Assembly: GCA_037720515.1 (NCBI GenBank)
Contig: JBBJMM010000015.1
Coordinates: 4,621-68,620, forward strand
Direction of reading: 5' to 3'
Origin: Ferruginibacter sp.
GTDB lineage: Bacteria; Bacteroidota; Bacteroidia; Chitinophagales; Chitinophagaceae
Length of the DNA stretch: 64,000 nucleotides
Part shown: positions 63,501 through 64,000 of the stretch, one piece after another
Numbering within the stretch: the stretch's first letter is position 1
How the letters are laid out: each line of letters begins with the position of its first letter
Program-made: the position numbers and the translations under genes
The notes under the pieces: model-generated
Told to the model about the DNA's origin: nothing
The model's database searches: none
The model's input: only the letters and a program-made list of their open reading frames with translations

Positions 63501-63998
63501 TCCTGTTGATGCATTGATAGTTAATCCGGCAGTTGATGTATAAGTACCGCCTGCAGTTCCAGTTTGTGTTACGTTAGCAATTCCTCCATCAGAACAATAA
63601 GGACTTGCGGTATAAGCAATAGTAGCAGCAGGCAATTGGGTAACTGTAACCTGTATAACAGTTGAAACATTTGTACATCCCCCTGATATAACCGTTCTTT
63701 TATACCAGGTAGTTTGCGTTAAAATACCGGGTGTATAATCTTTTGCATTGTTTGTGCCGTCTGCCGTTGAAAAACCTGTAGATGAATTGGTAATGCTTTG
63801 TTCCCACAAATAAGTAAAAGCAGCATTTCCGCCTGTTGGAGTAGTACCTGTGATAGTACCGGGCGCCGTTCCTGAACATATTGGTTGGGTGTAAGTGGCC
63901 TGTACATATAATTGTTTAAAAGTTCCCGAACAAGGATCTCCAAAGACTGAATTGGTTGCAGGTATCGTTCCCGTATTATTTCCAAGTAAATAGTTTTC
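54504..63998 (-). CDS. Giant T9SS-secreted adhesin (>3160 aa, N-terminus outside window)
   Basis: Frame stays open to the window edge; SUEL-like motif, five Ig/PKD-like repeats, long beta-helix-like region, [10 protein letters not shown] domain, LPVKF + YPNP CTD. Confidence 0.9.
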   Translation of the reverse strand, partial: ENYLLGNNTGTIPATNSVFGDPCSGTFKQLYVQATYTQPICSGTAPGTITGTTPTGGNAAFTYLWEQSITNSSTGFSTADGTNNAKDYTPGILTQTTWYKRTVISGGCTNVSTVIQVTVTQLPAATIAYTASPYCSDGGIANVTQTGTAGGTYTSTAGLTINASTGAITPNTSTAGTYTVTYTMAATGGCAVQTTTASVTITTLPVVTISYSGSPFCKSVGTAQSVTQTGTTGGTYTSTAGLTINASTGAITPNTSTAGTYTVTYTMAAAGGCAVQTTTASVTITTLPVATISYSGSPFCNSVATAQPVTQTGTAGGTYTSTAGLTINASTGAITPNTSTAGTYTVTYTMAATGGCAVQTTTASVTITTLPVATISYSGSPFCKSVGTSQSVTQTGTTGGVYSSTAGLTIDVTTGDIIPGTSTAGTYTVTYTMAAAGGCSAQTATASVTINAIPTATISYTGSPYMINSGTASVTFSGTTGGTYSSTAGLSLNATTGDITLSTSTPGTYTVTYTVAAAGGCSVYTTTAGITVVIATKTFTGTGNFSDAARWTGGTLPTVSENLVIDGACTVDNNAGTDNIAYGSLTIGTATGRTLNWVASGTNRLNVSNVSAGAAVSTLSMTNGGTLVIRGTWASTNLTFTPGAGTIELQSTITLPAAYTTYNNLIVNGSGITVKEGVVTTVNGNLIITTGTLNTNNFNLSVKGNWANNVSTTAFTAGTATVIFNGTTAQTIGGTFATTFTNLTIANTVSAVTLNVNTSITGNLSVTAKTFDIGVYTANRATAGGTLSLSGNTILKIGGTNTFPINFTTNTLNVTSTVEYNGTNQTVAARTYGNLTLSSASGAAVKTFAATAFAIVGNLTSTLGAGTSVNFTAAAILTITGNVTIGASTTFNGGSFAHSVAGNWINSGTFNGNTGTITFSGPGKGVSGSGIQNFNNLTVSASLITISNESISISGNLTTISSGSFIQASGGTMLMTGTAKTISGTGISIDNLTASGTVTTAASFNVTGNLSVSGSFTASTGNITMSGTSKTISGTGNKTFAGLVVSGSITTAVSFSIANSLNVNGSFSASAGTATFTGTSSLSGTANLFNTTINGTSLQLAANSILGIANTLTITAGTLNVTSSIPNTVNFNGTGAQNINAITYNNLVLSNGNLKTATGDITTNKDITIETGTTFTASSYTHSIYGNWNNYGTFVAGTSTIQFAGSATAYLTGFTTFNILSSNTSSASNELILNDNISAAIVNMTNGIITTGSDTLTITNTRTGDGRIYGNIQRIHSFTTGVAYAFESSNNSITFSAVSAVSSITVSVVKGLISDFPFGGSMGRVYNVTVPTGTYNATLRLHYEDNELNGINESSMGLWNYVGTTWNLIGKTGNDTSNNYVELSGLTNMSNRYTLSDNLNIVTWNGSVSTDWNTAANWTTTQGAPSIPPSASDIVSLGTVGFTYQPTISANISVSGIHLDNFQAVTLTLASGGSLTVSGNIDGDWTGNAIHTINVNNQTLVVNGDLILSDEINGQSVNLNIGAGTVSVLGSLFQAGDASINFSGAGILNIDNNFTYKSGTFTAGSGTVIYNGSGNQAIAQINYNNLTINKTAGIAAIDSLINVAGNFLISSGEVDNFSTVNITGNVTIAAGATLHNNYRLNVGGNWIRIGNYIGTGAYVAFNGSGTQTISSTTFNNLVINKPVGTSAELTGNVVINGNLTVTSGTLNIKSFSCDRIVAGGNLILSDSATFILGANNAPFNFTTRSLSTSSTVIADGTGSQAIFSESFGNLILRNAGVKTLVSPITVKGTLTIENGSNFDGGSQTITLNGNWVNNGTFTASTSTIIATGITKTISGNTTFNRFSVYGSYTFLSNITLDRLLIINSTGSLSAGTGIIVTMNGDLINSGILYTLGTTTFTGNVLQTLSLLNAVQTVAITVNFNGSVPPEMISTSAPQFGYLNINNTGGVNPSVGWNIAYGLTVGSGASFNGGNSTHNILGSVTNNGTITSNGIMNFIPSSAVTVNLGNDFSSTGSVVFGGTGAITLAGSSVSFNNVVISNTNATGITPVSGWDMANNFTINNGSVFNAGNRNYLIGGSIINNGTVNSGASTFTFDGTTDQTVTSMTFYNLDAMNSGGKVTLLDATVNNNLSVTTGTLSIGNNEIGRTIAINGNITVAGGTTFNVDSTSNATHLLSVSGNIINNGTLNLRPDANSLGDITFNKNGIQTIAGAGAITNFNRITTNMGLIDTNYLDVTAANFSAPNGFLTLNNGSFNLNSAGVSVTPFTADIATGNFLIPATAGLWVNAGTINSSAMNWTVAGTVKVTGGTMNMGSVIDNAVIPQSTSRFLVTAGNLNLASRISNPGVAWALNMQGGTIMVNTKGSTVAGIAPFNMDVPGCTFNVSGGTIVIRDAGGTAGQNLGYNNLANTGTGFTGGVLQAGDILTTASQTFGIKSTNPVYNLTVNSTNITAILQAPVLTVSNNVTVTLGKLDIDSLTLKIGGAISNSGTFIASRGTIEMNGVTAQTIPAAAFAGNTVKGLTINNNAGVTLGGLLNLTDVITVSKGSLAAEGYLILKSSATATARVAPITSLSSTPISGNVTAERYVPGRRKYRLITSPVTTSASTTLSAGQEALSIWGNWQNQGINTTANVGNFITGGLSADGFDTQTPNASLFTYDDVNRKYVGYTTANGKNTKYTPLKAGIAYYMFVYGDRRNTITTSNPNSTVVIAKGTLKTGDQVYGTASAIPLSGVTGRYTMLGNPFASPIDWSVLPRTNVSNTYWGWDPNLSGTGGYVTVSTIGTVTISSPYSGSTGLNQYIQSGQGFFVKTIGSSPALTIREQDKVADFNPIVFRGLTNELPLLAINLLYNSGASKILTDGVVTVFDEAFSNLVGNEDASKMINAATEMIAIANRGELLSIDARKVPQHNDTLFLNVAKLTKPVYTLQIFAKGMEGSIVQPYLQDKYLNTLQLLSVTDTNRIDFNVSLSVPASFDTNRFRILFKSAIVLPVKFISVMATKINKDILVKWEIAEESGIRDYKVERSGDGINFSSVGSVSSRGNNTVQSYEWLDRQPVAGNNYYRIRAIELAGNYFLSQTVLVKIESSGAEISVYPNPIKNKQIHLYINSKEKGQYTVKIFDLKGVQIIKQLIDHTGGSMRQVIYVNKMLPSGVYYMEVSNQNQRYIQSVMIE
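62398..63650 (-). repeat. Five tandem ~83-aa (249-bp) Ig/PKD-like coding repeats
   Basis: GGC-coding anchors at 63430, 63181, 62932, 62683 (249 bp apart) and 62437. Confidence 0.92.
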
Positions 63999-64000
63999 TG

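Noticed and set aside
63719-63985. 88-aa minus-strand ORF
   Set aside because: Alternative frame inside the giant adhesin, whose own frame is open here.
1-64000. tRNA, rRNA, integrase or transposase genes
   Set aside because: None recognised by eye; a tRNAscan-SE/Infernal run would be needed to exclude small RNAs.

Overview
AT-rich Bacteroidetes DNA, most likely Chitinophagaceae-like (inferred from TAnnTTTG promoters, type IX secretion C-terminal domains and gene content). Core genes: 5'-truncated alpha-2-macroglobulin, aspS, rarA, uvrA and a six-enzyme reductive pyrimidine degradation operon (mmsA, class III aminotransferase, hydA, beta-ureidopropionase, preT, preA). Two accessory tracts (about 7.0-11.3 kb and 15.7-23.2 kb) hold small same-strand genes, several frameshifted, with attC-like ends but no integrase in the window. 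Uncharacterised systems: a DUF4331(T9SS)-TPR-HupE/UreJ operon; three paralogous QPW-motif membrane microproteins next to a ferritin-like gene; and a surface locus with a >3100 aa T9SS adhesin (open to the window edge, SUEL-lectin motif), a DUF4402 pilin-like protein, an usher-like outer-membrane protein and a frameshifted fibre-like protein. Several non-coding repeat families are present: a ~340-385 bp MITE-like element (3 copies), REP-like hairpin composites, and a CGCAAAG/CACAAAG inverted-repeat family that fills operon gaps and in one place brackets a GxxExxY nuclease-like gene. No rRNA, tRNA or CRISPR array was recognised. All family calls come from motif recognition, not database searches.
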